Of a stretch of 64,000 nucleotides of DNA, positions 32,798 through 42,405 are shown one piece after another; within the stretch, counting starts at the first letter, position 1, and each line of letters starts with the position of its first letter. A model generated the notes under the pieces. That model saw only the letters and a list, made by a program, of their open reading frames with translations, was not told where the DNA came from and did not search any database. The stretch spans positions 118,851 to 182,850 of the forward strand of contig CBDFNQ010000038.1 in assembly GCA_965250225.1 (NCBI GenBank). Reading direction: 5' to 3'. The position numbers were made by a program, and so were the translations under genes. This DNA comes from Gammaproteobacteria bacterium. Lineage in GTDB: Bacteria > Pseudomonadota > Gammaproteobacteria > Eutrophobiales > Eutrophobiaceae.

Positions 32798-33555
32798 TAA
32801 TGTTTCCTCGTTGCATGACAGATGGCCAAAAACTCTTCAGCGTTTAATGACGCGCCGCCAATTAAACCGCCGTCCACATCTGCCATTGTAAATAATTCAT
32901 CGGCATTCGCCGCTTTCACACTGCCGCCATAGAGAATTCGGATCTTCTCAGCGACGCTTTCATCATGCCTGGCTAATCGTAATCGAATGAAGGCATGTAC
33001 TTCCTGGGCTTGCTCCGGTGTTGCTGTTTTACCCGTACCGATAGCCCAGACCGGTTCATAGGCAACAACCGCCTGATGAAATGTTTCTATACCTGCCAGA
33101 TCAATGACTGCATCTAATTGTCTGGCTATCACCTCTTCGGTATTGCTACTCTCTCGTTCTGCCAGTAACTCACCAACACATAAAATCGGGGTCATACCTG
33201 CTGCTGCAACTGCGACAAATTTTTCTGCCACACGCATGTCCGTTTCCAAATACAACTGACGACGTTCGGAATGACCCACTATCGCGTATTGACAGTTAAA
33301 ATCCTGCAACATGGCCACAGATATTTCACCGGTAAACGCCCCATCCGCCAGATGCGAGACGTTTTGTGCACCGAGAGAAATGCTATTTTCCTTAAGCAAT
33401 TCAGATAGTTCCGACAAATATACATAGGGAGGGCAGATCGCCACATCAGCGTTAGTTTTCAGCCCTTGCTGTATTTGCTCAACCAGGGACTGATTGCTGG
33501 CCAATAAACCATTCATCTTCCAGTTGGCTGCTACGAAAGGTATCCGTGATGTCAT
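32797..33555 (-). CDS. tpiA: Triosephosphate isomerase
   Basis: 252 aa. Active-site motifs NWKMN, AICPP, IVGHSERR, AYEPVWAIGTG. Confidence 0.93.
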   Translation of the reverse strand: MTSRIPFVAANWKMNGLLASNQSLVEQIQQGLKTNADVAICPPYVYLSELSELLKENSISLGAQNVSHLADGAFTGEISVAMLQDFNCQYAIVGHSERRQLYLETDMRVAEKFVAVAAAGMTPILCVGELLAERESSNTEEVIARQLDAVIDLAGIETFHQAVVAYEPVWAIGTGKTATPEQAQEVHAFIRLRLARHDESVAEKIRILYGGSVKAANADELFTMADVDGGLIGGASLNAEEFLAICHATRKH

Positions 33556-33699
33556 GTTATTCAGTGTTGATATCTCATAAAAAGGGCGCCAAGCTTACCG
33601 ATGCAGTCCCTTTAAATCAAATGAAAACATAGCAATTAGCCATAAGCTACTAGTCGTTAGCAGGAACAGCCCTCTTACTATTCTATCTAGCTTCTATTA

Positions 33700-33940
33700 G
33701 CTTCATATTTTTCAACAGAGCAATGCCAATTCTCCGTCATGCTGGCGAAGGCCAGTATCCACCTCTGAGGCATGTCAGAGTATGAGTCGTTCCCGCGAAA
33801 GCGGGAATGACCGCCATGGACGGCGGAAATGCAATAGGATTGTCTGGAACAATCCATGCCCAGTACAAAGGAGTTGTCACCAAAGGTGACGCAATAATAA
33901 CTGGATACCGGCTCGGAGGCCGGTATGACGGAGTAAGGGA
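33700..33940. repeat. Cluster of five consecutive perfect hairpins / REP-like palindromes in the tpiA-nth intergenic region
   Basis: TCCCGCGAAAGCGGGA (33791-33806), CCGCCATGGACGGCGG (33810-33825), GGATTGTCTGGAACAATCC (33837-33855), GTCACCAAAGGTGAC (33876-33890), TACCGGCTCGGAGGCCGGTA (33905-33926). No credible ORF (small overlapping ORFs in three frames). Confidence 0.6.
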
Positions 33941-33942
33941 TG

Positions 33943-34671
33943 TTACCCAATGCAAATTTCTTCCACAGAACAGTGCAGACAGTCATCCGACTCCGTACAT
34001 TTCTCTTTGGCATGACGCACGATCAGGGCGTGGAATTCATTAAATAACGCCACATCATCAAACCCCAGTGCATCTTCAAATGCCTGGCGTAAAACCCCAT
34101 AGGGTTCATCACCGTCGATCAGATTCAACCTTGAGAATAATCGTCGAGTATAGGTATCGATGACAAAAACAGGTCGGTTAAAGACATATAATAGGATGTC
34201 ATCGGCCGTTTCCGGGCCAACACCTTTCACTTCCAGTAAGGCATCCCGGAGCCTTGTCGTTTCAAAATGCTGCAGTTTTCTATAACTACCCCGTTGCTGA
34301 TACCAGTCAGCAAAATTTTTCAGCCGTTTCGCCTTGATATTGAAATAACCGGATGGTTTGATCAGTTCAGCCAGTTCTTTCTCATTAATGGACAGCATGG
34401 CCTTGTGATTCAGCGCCTTGTCACGTTTTAAATTTCGTATTGCCTTTTCAACATTTGTCCACGCTGTGTTCTGTGTGAGGATTGCCCCGACCATGACTTC
34501 AAAACGGGAAGAAGCAGGCCACCAGTTCTGTGGCCCATAAGCATCGTAAAGACGTTGATAGATTAAGCGGAGAGCAGTAGAAATAAACTGGGAATCGAGT
34601 TGACTAACCTTTTGGGTTCTCCAACTGATTTTGAAACTTGTATAGATTGGCAGAACTGATCGGATAGCCAA
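33943..34671 (-). CDS. HhH-GPD superfamily base-excision DNA glycosylase (endonuclease III-like). Start uncertain.
   Basis: Helix-hairpin-helix + GPD motif (LLEVKGVGPETADDILLY...VIDTYTRR). The ORF-track start overlaps the upstream M48 gene by 68 nt, so the true start is probably further downstream. Confidence 0.7.
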   Translation of the reverse strand: MAIRSVLPIYTSFKISWRTQKVSQLDSQFISTALRLIYQRLYDAYGPQNWWPASSRFEVMVGAILTQNTAWTNVEKAIRNLKRDKALNHKAMLSINEKELAELIKPSGYFNIKAKRLKNFADWYQQRGSYRKLQHFETTRLRDALLEVKGVGPETADDILLYVFNRPVFVIDTYTRRLFSRLNLIDGDEPYGVLRQAFEDALGFDDVALFNEFHALIVRHAKEKCTESDDCLHCSVEEICIG

Positions 34672-35488
34672 CGTAGGATTCCATTGTACCGGTCATTTGA
34701 TTATCTAATAACATGATACGGTCATTGGGTTGTGGATGGGTCGCATGCATTTGTTTATATGATTCGCTTGATGATGGGTTAATACGATTTAAAGTATCGA
34801 GCACACCAACCAGTCCATAAGGGTCATAGCCCGCACGTGCGGCTAATACAACACCAATTTGATCGGCCTCAAATTCATCTTCTCTATTCAGACCGCTTTC
34901 CCAGACCTCAACACCGATATTAGATAGTTGTTTCACTAACTTTCCCCATCCCGAGCCAAATTTTTGACTGACCAATTCTCCAGCCAGGTCTTTAAAAAGA
35001 CCATTTTGAGCACGTTCTTTGATATCGTCCAGATGGTGTTTTTCCAACACATGACCAATTTCATGTGCCAACACCCCAGCGAGTTCGGATTCATTGCGAA
35101 GCAACAAAAATAAACCTTTTGAAATGAAGATATAACCACCTGGTGCGGCAAAAGCATTGATACTGTCTTCATCCAGAACACCAAAACGCCAGGGAAGGTT
35201 TGAGCGTTCGCTTTGATTGACCACCCACATACCCACTTGATTGACGTAACGTTGTACGTCTTCGTCATCAACCAACGGGGCAGCTCCCAACAGCTGGGCC
35301 GACATGCCTTGCCCCAGTTCAATTTCCTTTGGCTCGTCAATTTCAGTAAAGGCATCTTGCCTATTCAACCCAATCTCTATTGCCTTTGCACCAAACTCCA
35401 GAAGGTCCAGGGCCATCACTGAAATGGATAGCCCACTCACGGCTACTGCCAGAAAAAATTGTTTACTGATTTTTTTCATATTATTCAT
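34604..35488 (-). CDS. M48 family zinc metallopeptidase (signal-peptide bearing, periplasmic)
   Basis: HEIGH zinc motif (AHEIGHVLEKHH) plus downstream EADQ(I)G. Signal peptide after the internal Met (MNNMKKISKQFFLAVAVSGLSISVMA), so start placed at nt 35488 rather than 35521. Confidence 0.8.
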   Translation of the reverse strand: MNNMKKISKQFFLAVAVSGLSISVMALDLLEFGAKAIEIGLNRQDAFTEIDEPKEIELGQGMSAQLLGAAPLVDDEDVQRYVNQVGMWVVNQSERSNLPWRFGVLDEDSINAFAAPGGYIFISKGLFLLLRNESELAGVLAHEIGHVLEKHHLDDIKERAQNGLFKDLAGELVSQKFGSGWGKLVKQLSNIGVEVWESGLNREDEFEADQIGVVLAARAGYDPYGLVGVLDTLNRINPSSSESYKQMHATHPQPNDRIMLLDNQMTGTMESYVGYPISSANLYKFQNQLENPKG

Positions 35489-35517
35489 CTTAACACCCCG
35501 TTCAAGATTGCTACCCG

Positions 35518-36126
35518 TCACCAGAGACTCTCAACTGCTTTTTTGATGAGATCTTCGTCGCCATCGTTATTATTGCTGGTAGAGTTATTCTGTGCTGGTT
35601 CACTGGATCCGGTATTGCTGATATCTGCTTTCTCAATTGGCTTCAAGTAGGCGATATGTTGTGATTTTAATGGAATAGATGCCGCATATTGTTTACCTTG
35701 CGATAAAGAAATTTTGTAGTTTTCAAGCTTAGCAAGCTCTGACAGGTTTGGAGCAGCTTTTTTAACCTCACCCGGTCCAAGTCCACGAATACCTATGGTA
35801 GCGGTTGAATTGGATTCACTGGAATAACCACCGGCAATTACCCGCTTGAGTCTGGAAAACCAGTTGCCATTCGCCTCTGTTTGCACATCATAGCTGCGCA
35901 CCCAACCTTGTTGGCCGGTTGAGTCTGAAACCTGATACCAACCACCCTGACGCTGGTCGATCGTAACATCTGTCCCCTGCGACAAATTAGCAACGACAGA
36001 TGACTGAATACTAGAAGAAGCATACAACTTCGAATCAACACTCATCTTGGCCGATTCGGCTGCTGCAATAACCTGACTAATACCGATCAGGCCTAGCACC
36101 ACAATGATGGATTTTACTATTCGCAT
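35518..36126 (-). CDS. Secreted SH3b-domain protein
   Basis: Signal peptide (IVVLGLIGISQVIAAAES), bacterial SH3 signature (GGWYQVSDSTGQQGWVRS), Ser/Asn-rich acidic tail. Confidence 0.6.
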   Translation of the reverse strand: MRIVKSIIVVLGLIGISQVIAAAESAKMSVDSKLYASSSIQSSVVANLSQGTDVTIDQRQGGWYQVSDSTGQQGWVRSYDVQTEANGNWFSRLKRVIAGGYSSESNSTATIGIRGLGPGEVKKAAPNLSELAKLENYKISLSQGKQYAASIPLKSQHIAYLKPIEKADISNTGSSEPAQNNSTSNNNDGDEDLIKKAVESLW

Positions 36127-36189
36127 AATGATTTCCTGCTAATTGTTCTTAATACAATGTAAATCATGACTACCAATTGACTCAGCCGA

Positions 36190-36320
36190 TCATACTACTA
36201 TTGTCATTCCGGCGTAGGCCGGAATCCATGTAAATCTGGATCCCGGCCTCGGCTTTGGCTTCCTGCGTCGCTCTATCACCTACGTCCTATAGGTGTTCGC
36301 CGGGATGACGGTGTTTTTGA
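36190..36320. repeat. REP-like palindromic repeat region (RS3-like ATTCC-N10-GGAAT plus GC-rich hairpins)
   Basis: CATTCCGGCGTAGGCCGGAATC at 36205-36226 and downstream CGCCGGGATGACGG, similar to the units at 21027 and 33790. GC content locally much higher than surroundings. Confidence 0.5.
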
Positions 36321-36370
36321 CTTAAGCTAAGTGCCATTCGCTCATAACCGTAATTCTATTATAGCGTTTA

Positions 36371-37111
36371 TCACGCACTTTTGACGGCGGCTCTAAGAGA
36401 ATCGATGTCTTTATCCTCTAATTCCCAAACCTTTCCGACCCTGCGTTTGCGTTCCAGGAAGTAAGGCCCGTAGCGTACCCGGATCAAGCGACTGACAGCC
36501 ATACCCTGAGATTCCCACAAACGGCGCACTTCACGATTTCGCCCTTCCATGAGTGCCACGTGATACCAATGATTCGAGCCTTCACCGCCAGAATCGACGA
36601 TGTCGGTAAATCGAGCCACTCCGTCCTCTAGCGCAACACCTCTGAGCAGGTTATCTATTTGCTCCTGCGTGGCTGTTCCCAAAACCCGTACCGCGTATTC
36701 ACGGTCAATAGTACTACTCGGATGCATTAATGCATTGGCTAGTTCCCCATCATTGGTAAATAACAGCAGACCGGAGCTGTTAATGTCGAGTCGTCCCACG
36801 CTGATCCAGCGACCACCCTGAATGCGCGGCAATTTTTGAAACACCGTGGGACGACCTTCGGGGTCTTTACGAGTACAGACTTCGCCAACGGGTTTATAAT
36901 AGGCAATGACTTTGGTTTCGCTCGCATTGTTTAAGGTTTGTCGACGCAATACCTTATCATCCAGACTCACCTTATCCTGCTCAGAAATTTGATCGCCCAA
37001 CGAGGCAGTGTTGCCATTGACCTTGATACGACCTTTTTTGATCCAACCTTCAATCTCTCGACGCGAACCAAAACCAGCTCGTGCCAATACTTTTTGAATT
37101 CGCTCAGACAT
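36371..37111 (-). CDS. rluB: 23S rRNA pseudouridine synthase RluB (S4 domain + RsuA/RluB catalytic domain)
   Basis: N-terminus MSERIQKVLARAGFGSRREIEGWIKKGRIKVNG (S4), catalytic GRLD motif (ISVGRLDINSSGLLLFTNDGELAN). Confidence 0.88.
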   Translation of the reverse strand: MSERIQKVLARAGFGSRREIEGWIKKGRIKVNGNTASLGDQISEQDKVSLDDKVLRRQTLNNASETKVIAYYKPVGEVCTRKDPEGRPTVFQKLPRIQGGRWISVGRLDINSSGLLLFTNDGELANALMHPSSTIDREYAVRVLGTATQEQIDNLLRGVALEDGVARFTDIVDSGGEGSNHWYHVALMEGRNREVRRLWESQGMAVSRLIRVRYGPYFLERKRRVGKVWELEDKDIDSLRAAVKSA

Positions 37112-37163
37112 ATCAGGATCTCGTTTTGAAGGGTGCAGAAAAAAATACCCTTTAAGTATTGGA

Positions 37164-37883
37164 CTAACCGGTGAAAGGGATCACGTTATCGGTTTCTTCG
37201 GATTCGGAATCATCGTCATCCCCACCGGGTTCGTCGATTGATTCTACTTCGTCTTGTTCAACAGGCTCTGAATCGGCTTCCACCGCCTTTCTCAACGCTT
37301 CCATGTCCATGCCCTCGAACAGATCCGGATTCATTTGATCGAAGTCTTTAATCTCAGCCAGGGAAGGCAACTCGGACAATTTTTTCAAATTGAAGTAATC
37401 GAGAAATTCCTTGGTTGTGGCAAGCAAGCTAGGTTTACCTGGCACATCTCGATGACCAACGACCCTGATCCAGTCACGCTCCTGTAATGTCTTGGTGATG
37501 CTCGAACTCACACTCACACCACGGATCTCTTCAATCTCACTACGGGTGATCGGCTGGCGGTAAGCAATAATAGCCAGGGTCTCAAGCAGAGCCCTGGAAT
37601 ATCGTGCTGGCCTTTCATCAAACAATCGATTTATCCAGTCCGCATTTTCTTTGCGTGCCTGAACACGAAAACCACTGGCGACTTCCACCAGCTCAATCCC
37701 TCGACCATCATAATCGGTTTGCAATTCAGTCAAAATCTCACGCACCGCGCTACGTTCAGGTTGCACCGGATCAGACTCAAACAATTTCAGCAAATCAGAA
37801 ACGGTTAGAGGAGAATCGTTAGCCATTAACACCGCTTCAATAATATTTTTTAGTTGTTGTTTTTCCATCTGAATATTTAACAA
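37164..37883 (-). CDS. scpB: Segregation and condensation protein B
   Basis: 239 aa. Winged-helix repeats (IEAVLMANDSPLTVSDL..., RQPITRSEIEEIRGV) and acidic C-terminus. Directly downstream of scpA. Confidence 0.85.
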   Translation of the reverse strand: MLNIQMEKQQLKNIIEAVLMANDSPLTVSDLLKLFESDPVQPERSAVREILTELQTDYDGRGIELVEVASGFRVQARKENADWINRLFDERPARYSRALLETLAIIAYRQPITRSEIEEIRGVSVSSSITKTLQERDWIRVVGHRDVPGKPSLLATTKEFLDYFNLKKLSELPSLAEIKDFDQMNPDLFEGMDMEALRKAVEADSEPVEQDEVESIDEPGGDDDDSESEETDNVIPFTG

Positions 37884-38732
37884 TTAGGCGGCGGCTTTGA
37901 CATAAATTGGACCGTTGGTTTCATTTTGCACCATCTCAATCAAGGAAGATTTCATGAGTTCTAAAATAGCCAGTAAAGCAACGATCACACCTGAGCGTCC
38001 TTCCTCAAGAGTGAATAACTCGCTGAAGTCTATGAAATCATCGGGTTGCACTTTATCCAGTATGATACTCATACGCTCACGCAGTGATAAGGGCTCACGC
38101 GTGATCAAATGATGCGTGTACATATCAGCACGGTTAAGCACGTCGGCAAAAGCCTTTAATAAATTATCGAGAGATACCTGTGGCGGTTCCTGTTGCGAAC
38201 GACGATAGGGAAATTCAACTTGAGCCGAGAACACCTCGCGCCCTTGTCTTGGCAAGGTATCTATATCTTCCGCTGCTTGTTTATAGCGCTCATACTCCTG
38301 TAGTCGGCGTACCAGTTCAGCGCGTGGATCATCTTCATCCTCATCCTCAACCGGACGCGGCAAGAGTAATCTCGATTTGATCTCGGTTAACATCGCCGCC
38401 ATTAATAAATATTCACCGGCCAACTCAAGCTGTAATTCTTCCATTAAGTCGATGTATTCCATGTATTGCTGGGTAATACGCGCAATAGGGATATCCAGAA
38501 TATCAATATTCTGGCGCTTGATCAGATAGAGCAATAAATCCAGTGGGCCTTCAAAGGCCTCCAGAAACACTTCCAGGGCTTGAGGTGGAATGTATAAATC
38601 CTTTGGTAACTCGGTAAGAGGAGCCCCCTGAACGATGGCAAACGGCATTTCGGATTGTTCTGAACCTATCCGCAGTTCAGCATCAGGGGTTTCGACAGTA
38701 TCTTCTTCGGACGGAATAGTTCCAACGGACAT
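37884..38732 (-). CDS. scpA: Segregation and condensation protein A (kleisin)
   Basis: 282 aa, ScpA signature FEGPLDLLLYLIKRQNIDILDIPIARITQQYMEY. Confidence 0.88.
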   Translation of the reverse strand: MSVGTIPSEEDTVETPDAELRIGSEQSEMPFAIVQGAPLTELPKDLYIPPQALEVFLEAFEGPLDLLLYLIKRQNIDILDIPIARITQQYMEYIDLMEELQLELAGEYLLMAAMLTEIKSRLLLPRPVEDEDEDDPRAELVRRLQEYERYKQAAEDIDTLPRQGREVFSAQVEFPYRRSQQEPPQVSLDNLLKAFADVLNRADMYTHHLITREPLSLRERMSIILDKVQPDDFIDFSELFTLEEGRSGVIVALLAILELMKSSLIEMVQNETNGPIYVKAAA

Positions 38733-38913
38733 GAATTACGTTCACCTATTAACTATAAACATATGAATGCTAAGGAAACTCTGTTGCGCTGAAATTTCCG
38801 CCTACATGAGCTGCTACAACAGTTAGCGTATAATACCACGGAAGCAGCATGGATCATCTTTCTATTCTTGACTCTTCCTTACTGTTTGCATGAGCCTGCA
38901 TCAAGTTTATTGA

Positions 38914-39534
38914 CTATAACAACCAGGACACATCGCCTAGACCTTCACGCACTACATCAACCTCTTCATTCACCATATTCAAAACGCTGGTCGGTTCAAT
39001 TCCACCTGCACCGCCGTCTATCACCAACTCGACTCGATTGCCGATTTTTTCTTCTATCTCTTCAGGATCGGACAATGGTACTGTCCCACCTGGCAAGATC
39101 AGACTACTACTCAAAATTGGTTCGCCAAACACAGATAATAATTCCAGCGCGATTTGATTTGCCGGTACGCGCAAACCAATGGTTTTTTTCTGCGCATGCT
39201 GAAGTCGTTTGGGTACATCACGACTGGCCTTTAATAAAAACGTATAAGGGCCCGGTGTCAGTGATTTGATCAAACGAAAAGCGGAATTCCCCACTTTGGC
39301 ATAGTTACTGATCTCTGCCAGATCACGACAAACCAGAGTCATGTCATGGCGCTTATCCAGTTGCCGGATCTGGCATATCCTCTCAACCGCCTGCTTATCT
39401 TCCAGATGGCAGGCAAGAGCGTAACTGGAATCGGTTGGATAAACGATAACACCGCCTTCTCGCAACACACTGCTCACTTGAGTTAGCAAACGTTGCTGAG
39501 GATTGTCTGGATGAATTTTCAAGTACTGAGTCAT
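38914..39534 (-). CDS. yciO: YciO protein (Sua5/YrdC/YciO family, L-threonylcarbamoyladenylate synthase-like)
   Basis: 206 aa. Near-collinear with E. coli YciO (IHPDNPQQRL...GGVIVYPTDSSYAL...IRQL...TLVCRDL...PGPYTF...KTIGLRVP...GEPILSSSL...SDPEEI...VVREGLGDV). Confidence 0.9.
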   Translation of the reverse strand: MTQYLKIHPDNPQQRLLTQVSSVLREGGVIVYPTDSSYALACHLEDKQAVERICQIRQLDKRHDMTLVCRDLAEISNYAKVGNSAFRLIKSLTPGPYTFLLKASRDVPKRLQHAQKKTIGLRVPANQIALELLSVFGEPILSSSLILPGGTVPLSDPEEIEEKIGNRVELVIDGGAGGIEPTSVLNMVNEEVDVVREGLGDVSWLL

Positions 39535-39590
39535 TAGAGTTTACTGAGTATTTTCGTTATGATGTCATTTTTTTCAGTCATTAAAATTTT

Positions 39591-40166
39591 ATGAAATTCC
39601 TGTTTGATTTTTTTCCGATCATTGCCTTCTTCATTGCCTTTTACATCCCTGAGGATCGCCAACAAGGCATTTATGCAGCGACTTATACGATCATCGTAGC
39701 AAGTTTTATCCAGATTTGTCTCTATTGGTTGTTATACAAAAAATTTGAAAAGATGCATCTCATCACTTTTGTCGTGGTACTCATTTTTGGTGGATTGACT
39801 ATCTATTTACATAATGAGAATTTCATTAAATGGAAACCAACGGTTGTTAACTGGTGTTTTGCCATTGCTTTAATCGGCAGTCACTTTATTGGTGAGAAAA
39901 CAATTTTTCAACGTATGATCAATATGGCAGATGATAAATTGCAATTACCATCGCATGTCTGGAAAAATATTAACATGAGCTGGGGGATATTTTTTATTCT
40001 TATAGGTTTCGTAAATCTCTATGTCGCCTTTAATTACAGCACGGAATTCTGGGTTAATTTCAAGGCCTGGGGCATGACCTTACTCAATTTGTCTTTTCTG
40101 GTTGGCATGGGTATTTACATGTTTCGTTATATCAAAGAACAAGAAACTACATCTGAAGAAAAATAA
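39591..40166 (+). CDS. yciB: Intracellular septation protein A (inner-membrane YciB)
   Basis: 191 aa, starts MKFLFDFFPIIAFFIAFY..., five TM segments. Canonical YciB. Confidence 0.88.
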   Translation: MKFLFDFFPIIAFFIAFYIPEDRQQGIYAATYTIIVASFIQICLYWLLYKKFEKMHLITFVVVLIFGGLTIYLHNENFIKWKPTVVNWCFAIALIGSHFIGEKTIFQRMINMADDKLQLPSHVWKNINMSWGIFFILIGFVNLYVAFNYSTEFWVNFKAWGMTLLNLSFLVGMGIYMFRYIKEQETTSEEK

Positions 40167-40188
40167 TATATGAGAGGAAATTATTAAA

Positions 40189-40485
40189 ATGTATTACGCA
40201 ATCATGTGTTTTGACGTTGAAGACAGCCTGGAGAAAAGAATGAGTGTCCGTCCAGATCACATTGCCCGGCTTGAAGCCTTACGTGATGAGGGACGACTAC
40301 TAACTGCCGGGCCTCATCCAAAGATCGACAGTGAAGACCCGGGGCCAAATGGTTTTACAGGTAGCCTCATCGTGGCTGAATTTGATTCACTAGAAGATGC
40401 ACAGGCCTGGGCCGATGAGGATCCTTATATCGCTACCGGTGTCTATGAAAAGGTTATCGTCAAACCCTACAAAAAAGTTTTCTAG
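40189..40485 (+). CDS. yciI: YciI-like protein (dimeric alpha/beta barrel)
   Basis: 98 aa. [31 protein letters not shown]...[20 protein letters not shown] matches the YciI family. Synteny with yciB. Confidence 0.85.
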   Translation: MYYAIMCFDVEDSLEKRMSVRPDHIARLEALRDEGRLLTAGPHPKIDSEDPGPNGFTGSLIVAEFDSLEDAQAWADEDPYIATGVYEKVIVKPYKKVF

Positions 40486-40497
40486 ATTGATCAGATC

Positions 40498-40767
40498 ATG
40501 GATCGTGTTAAAGCTATTCGTAAACAATTGACCGAACACCTACAACCCAGTCAATTGGATATTGTTGATGAGTCCCATCTCCATGCCGGCCACGCCGGTG
40601 CGGCCAGTGGTGCGGGGCATTTTGCCGTTTCTATTACTACCGATGCATTTAATGGTAAAAGTCTTATCGAACGACATCGGTTAGTGTACCTAGCCGTAGA
40701 TGACCTTATGAAGTCAGAAATACATGCGCTGAGTATTAAAGCTATTGCATCAGATGAGAACAATTAA
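40498..40767 (+). CDS. BolA family transcriptional regulator (IbaG/YrbA-like)
   Basis: 89 aa, BolA signature DESHLHAGHAG...HFAVSITTDAFNGKSLIERHRLVY. Confidence 0.8.
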   Translation: MDRVKAIRKQLTEHLQPSQLDIVDESHLHAGHAGAASGAGHFAVSITTDAFNGKSLIERHRLVYLAVDDLMKSEIHALSIKAIASDENN

Positions 40768-40769
40768 TT

Positions 40770-41585
40770 GTGGCACTTATTAAACCATTCTTGAAATGGC
40801 CAGGTAGCAAATTTAGATTACTTGATCGAATTCAGAATCGACTCGATCCAGGAAAGCGTTTGGTGGAACCCTTTGTCGGTTCAGGTGCTGTATTCTTGAA
40901 TAGCGTTTATAAGAAATATCTATTAGCCGATACTAACCCTGACTTAATCAATCTATATCTATACGTTCAACAAGAAGGCGAATCCTTCACTGAATATTGC
41001 CAATCGTTTTTTACGCCGAAAAATAATTGTGAAACGAAATATTATTCTTTTCGGAAACAGTTTAATCGAACTCAGGATTCACGATTAAAATCCGCACTTT
41101 TTATCTACTTAAATCGGCACTGTTATAATGGGCTTTGCCGATATAATTCCAAACATCAATTCAATACGCCTTTTGGTCGTTACAAAAAACCGTATTTCCC
41201 AAAGAAAGAATTAGGTGCCTTTCATATTGCATCAAAAAAAGCGACGTTTATTCATGCCGATTTTGTCGAGACAATGAAAAAGGCAAAAACAGGCGATGTA
41301 ATTTATTGTGACCCGCCTTATGTGCCTTTATCAAAGACAGCCTATTTTACCGATTACTTTTCCGGTGGCTTCGGTTGGGAAGAACAAATTGAATTAGCCG
41401 AATGGGCTGGTAAGCTAGCCAAAAAAGGTATTCCGGTTATTATTTCAAATCATAATACCGATAACACGCGTGCACTCTATAAAAATGCCGGTGCAACAAC
41501 CGAACGATTCCTGGTAAGAAGAACCATTAGCTGTAACACAAGTAAACGCGATAAAGTCGAAGAATTATTGGCCGTGTTTCAATGA
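40770..41585 (+). CDS. dam: DNA adenine methyltransferase (Dam family, GATC-type N6-A MTase). No cognate restriction enzyme nearby.
   Basis: 271 aa. N-terminal FLKWPGSKFRLL and PFVGSGAVF (AdoMet site), catalytic DPPY (VIYCDPPYVPLS). 3-nt gap from the upstream bolA-like gene. Confidence 0.88.
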   Translation: MALIKPFLKWPGSKFRLLDRIQNRLDPGKRLVEPFVGSGAVFLNSVYKKYLLADTNPDLINLYLYVQQEGESFTEYCQSFFTPKNNCETKYYSFRKQFNRTQDSRLKSALFIYLNRHCYNGLCRYNSKHQFNTPFGRYKKPYFPKKELGAFHIASKKATFIHADFVETMKKAKTGDVIYCDPPYVPLSKTAYFTDYFSGGFGWEEQIELAEWAGKLAKKGIPVIISNHNTDNTRALYKNAGATTERFLVRRTISCNTSKRDKVEELLAVFQ

Positions 41586-41762
41586 CCAATCTCCAATACA
41601 CATATATATCTTTATATTGAAGCATATAGAACAATAAACCCTCTTAAGTACAGTCTTTCCAAATAACGTCTAAAACAATAAAGAAACCGCCTGTGTGCTC
41701 GCGTCGATTTCAATAGCTAATACCGTCCTCAAAAAAGCGTTCCTTAATTTCAGGTATGACTT

Positions 41763-42179
41763 TTGCATTCTCCTTGCAAGAGAATTGAAACTCTTTCGAA
41801 CCTAATATTCAGAATAAAGCAGATAAAGCTTAAGATCTATCAAAACAGTGACGTTACAGAAGATCAGCGGATGAATATAAATACAGCGCAATTACCAGAG
41901 CAGTGTCAATTTCCCATGCCATTATTATGGGCAGTCGCCTTGTTATGCATATTACCTATCACGCTTAATCTGTTCGACATGGATTTCCGTTCACAAGCGC
42001 ACGGCTTTAATATCAAGGAAGTCGCTGAATCAGACTTGTCCAAGAGTGCCTTGTTGGATCAAACATTTTACACCCTGACCGGTGGCTTACAACATGGTCT
42101 GTTGGAATGGAGTGCGGTCAGGGTAGTCATTTTAATTTTACTTGGCCAAGATAAACAACAGACTGTTCCACACCCGTAA
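41763..42179 (+). CDS. Hypothetical small membrane protein (possibly a remnant or alternative N-terminal module of the downstream sensor kinase)
   Basis: 138-aa ORF with TM segment PLLWAVALLCILPITLNLF and a second hydrophobic stretch (VRVVILILLG). No family recognised. Confidence 0.25.
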   Translation: MHSPCKRIETLSNLIFRIKQIKLKIYQNSDVTEDQRMNINTAQLPEQCQFPMPLLWAVALLCILPITLNLFDMDFRSQAHGFNIKEVAESDLSKSALLDQTFYTLTGGLQHGLLEWSAVRVVILILLGQDKQQTVPHP

Positions 42180-42405
42180 ATTAATATGGCAATTAAAGAA
42201 TGACAGTAGAAATAGAAACTATACATAAATTACGAACTTCGGAAAAAAAAGGAAGCCTGGAATACGCGCCTTTTTTTTATTGCAATGGCCGGAGTAGTCA
42301 TTTCTATCATTACCTGCCTGGTGTTTAAGGATTTAGAAGATCAAAAATTACGACAAACTATGCTTGCTGACGTAAAAGTGCAATTTCGCTCGATAGAACA
42401 AGCTG

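Noticed and set aside
33687-34043. Three overlapping small ORFs (108, 72, 78 aa) in the tpiA-glycosylase intergenic region
   Set aside because: They overlap one another in different frames across a region made of consecutive palindromes. GC-rich hairpins inflate ORF length. No motifs.
36127-36370. Possible small RNA or tRNA in the GC-rich spacer upstream of the SH3b gene and downstream of rluB
   Set aside because: No cloverleaf could be folded by eye. Content matches the RS3/REP-like palindrome family seen at two other sites, so recorded as a repeat.
41763-42179. Considered calling this the true N-terminus of the CHASE kinase
   Set aside because: It is in the same frame as the 42285 ORF but separated by stop codons (TAA at 42180, TAG at 42213) and ~100 nt. 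The hydrophobic segment immediately upstream of 42285 already supplies the expected TM anchor. Kept only as a low-confidence separate ORF.
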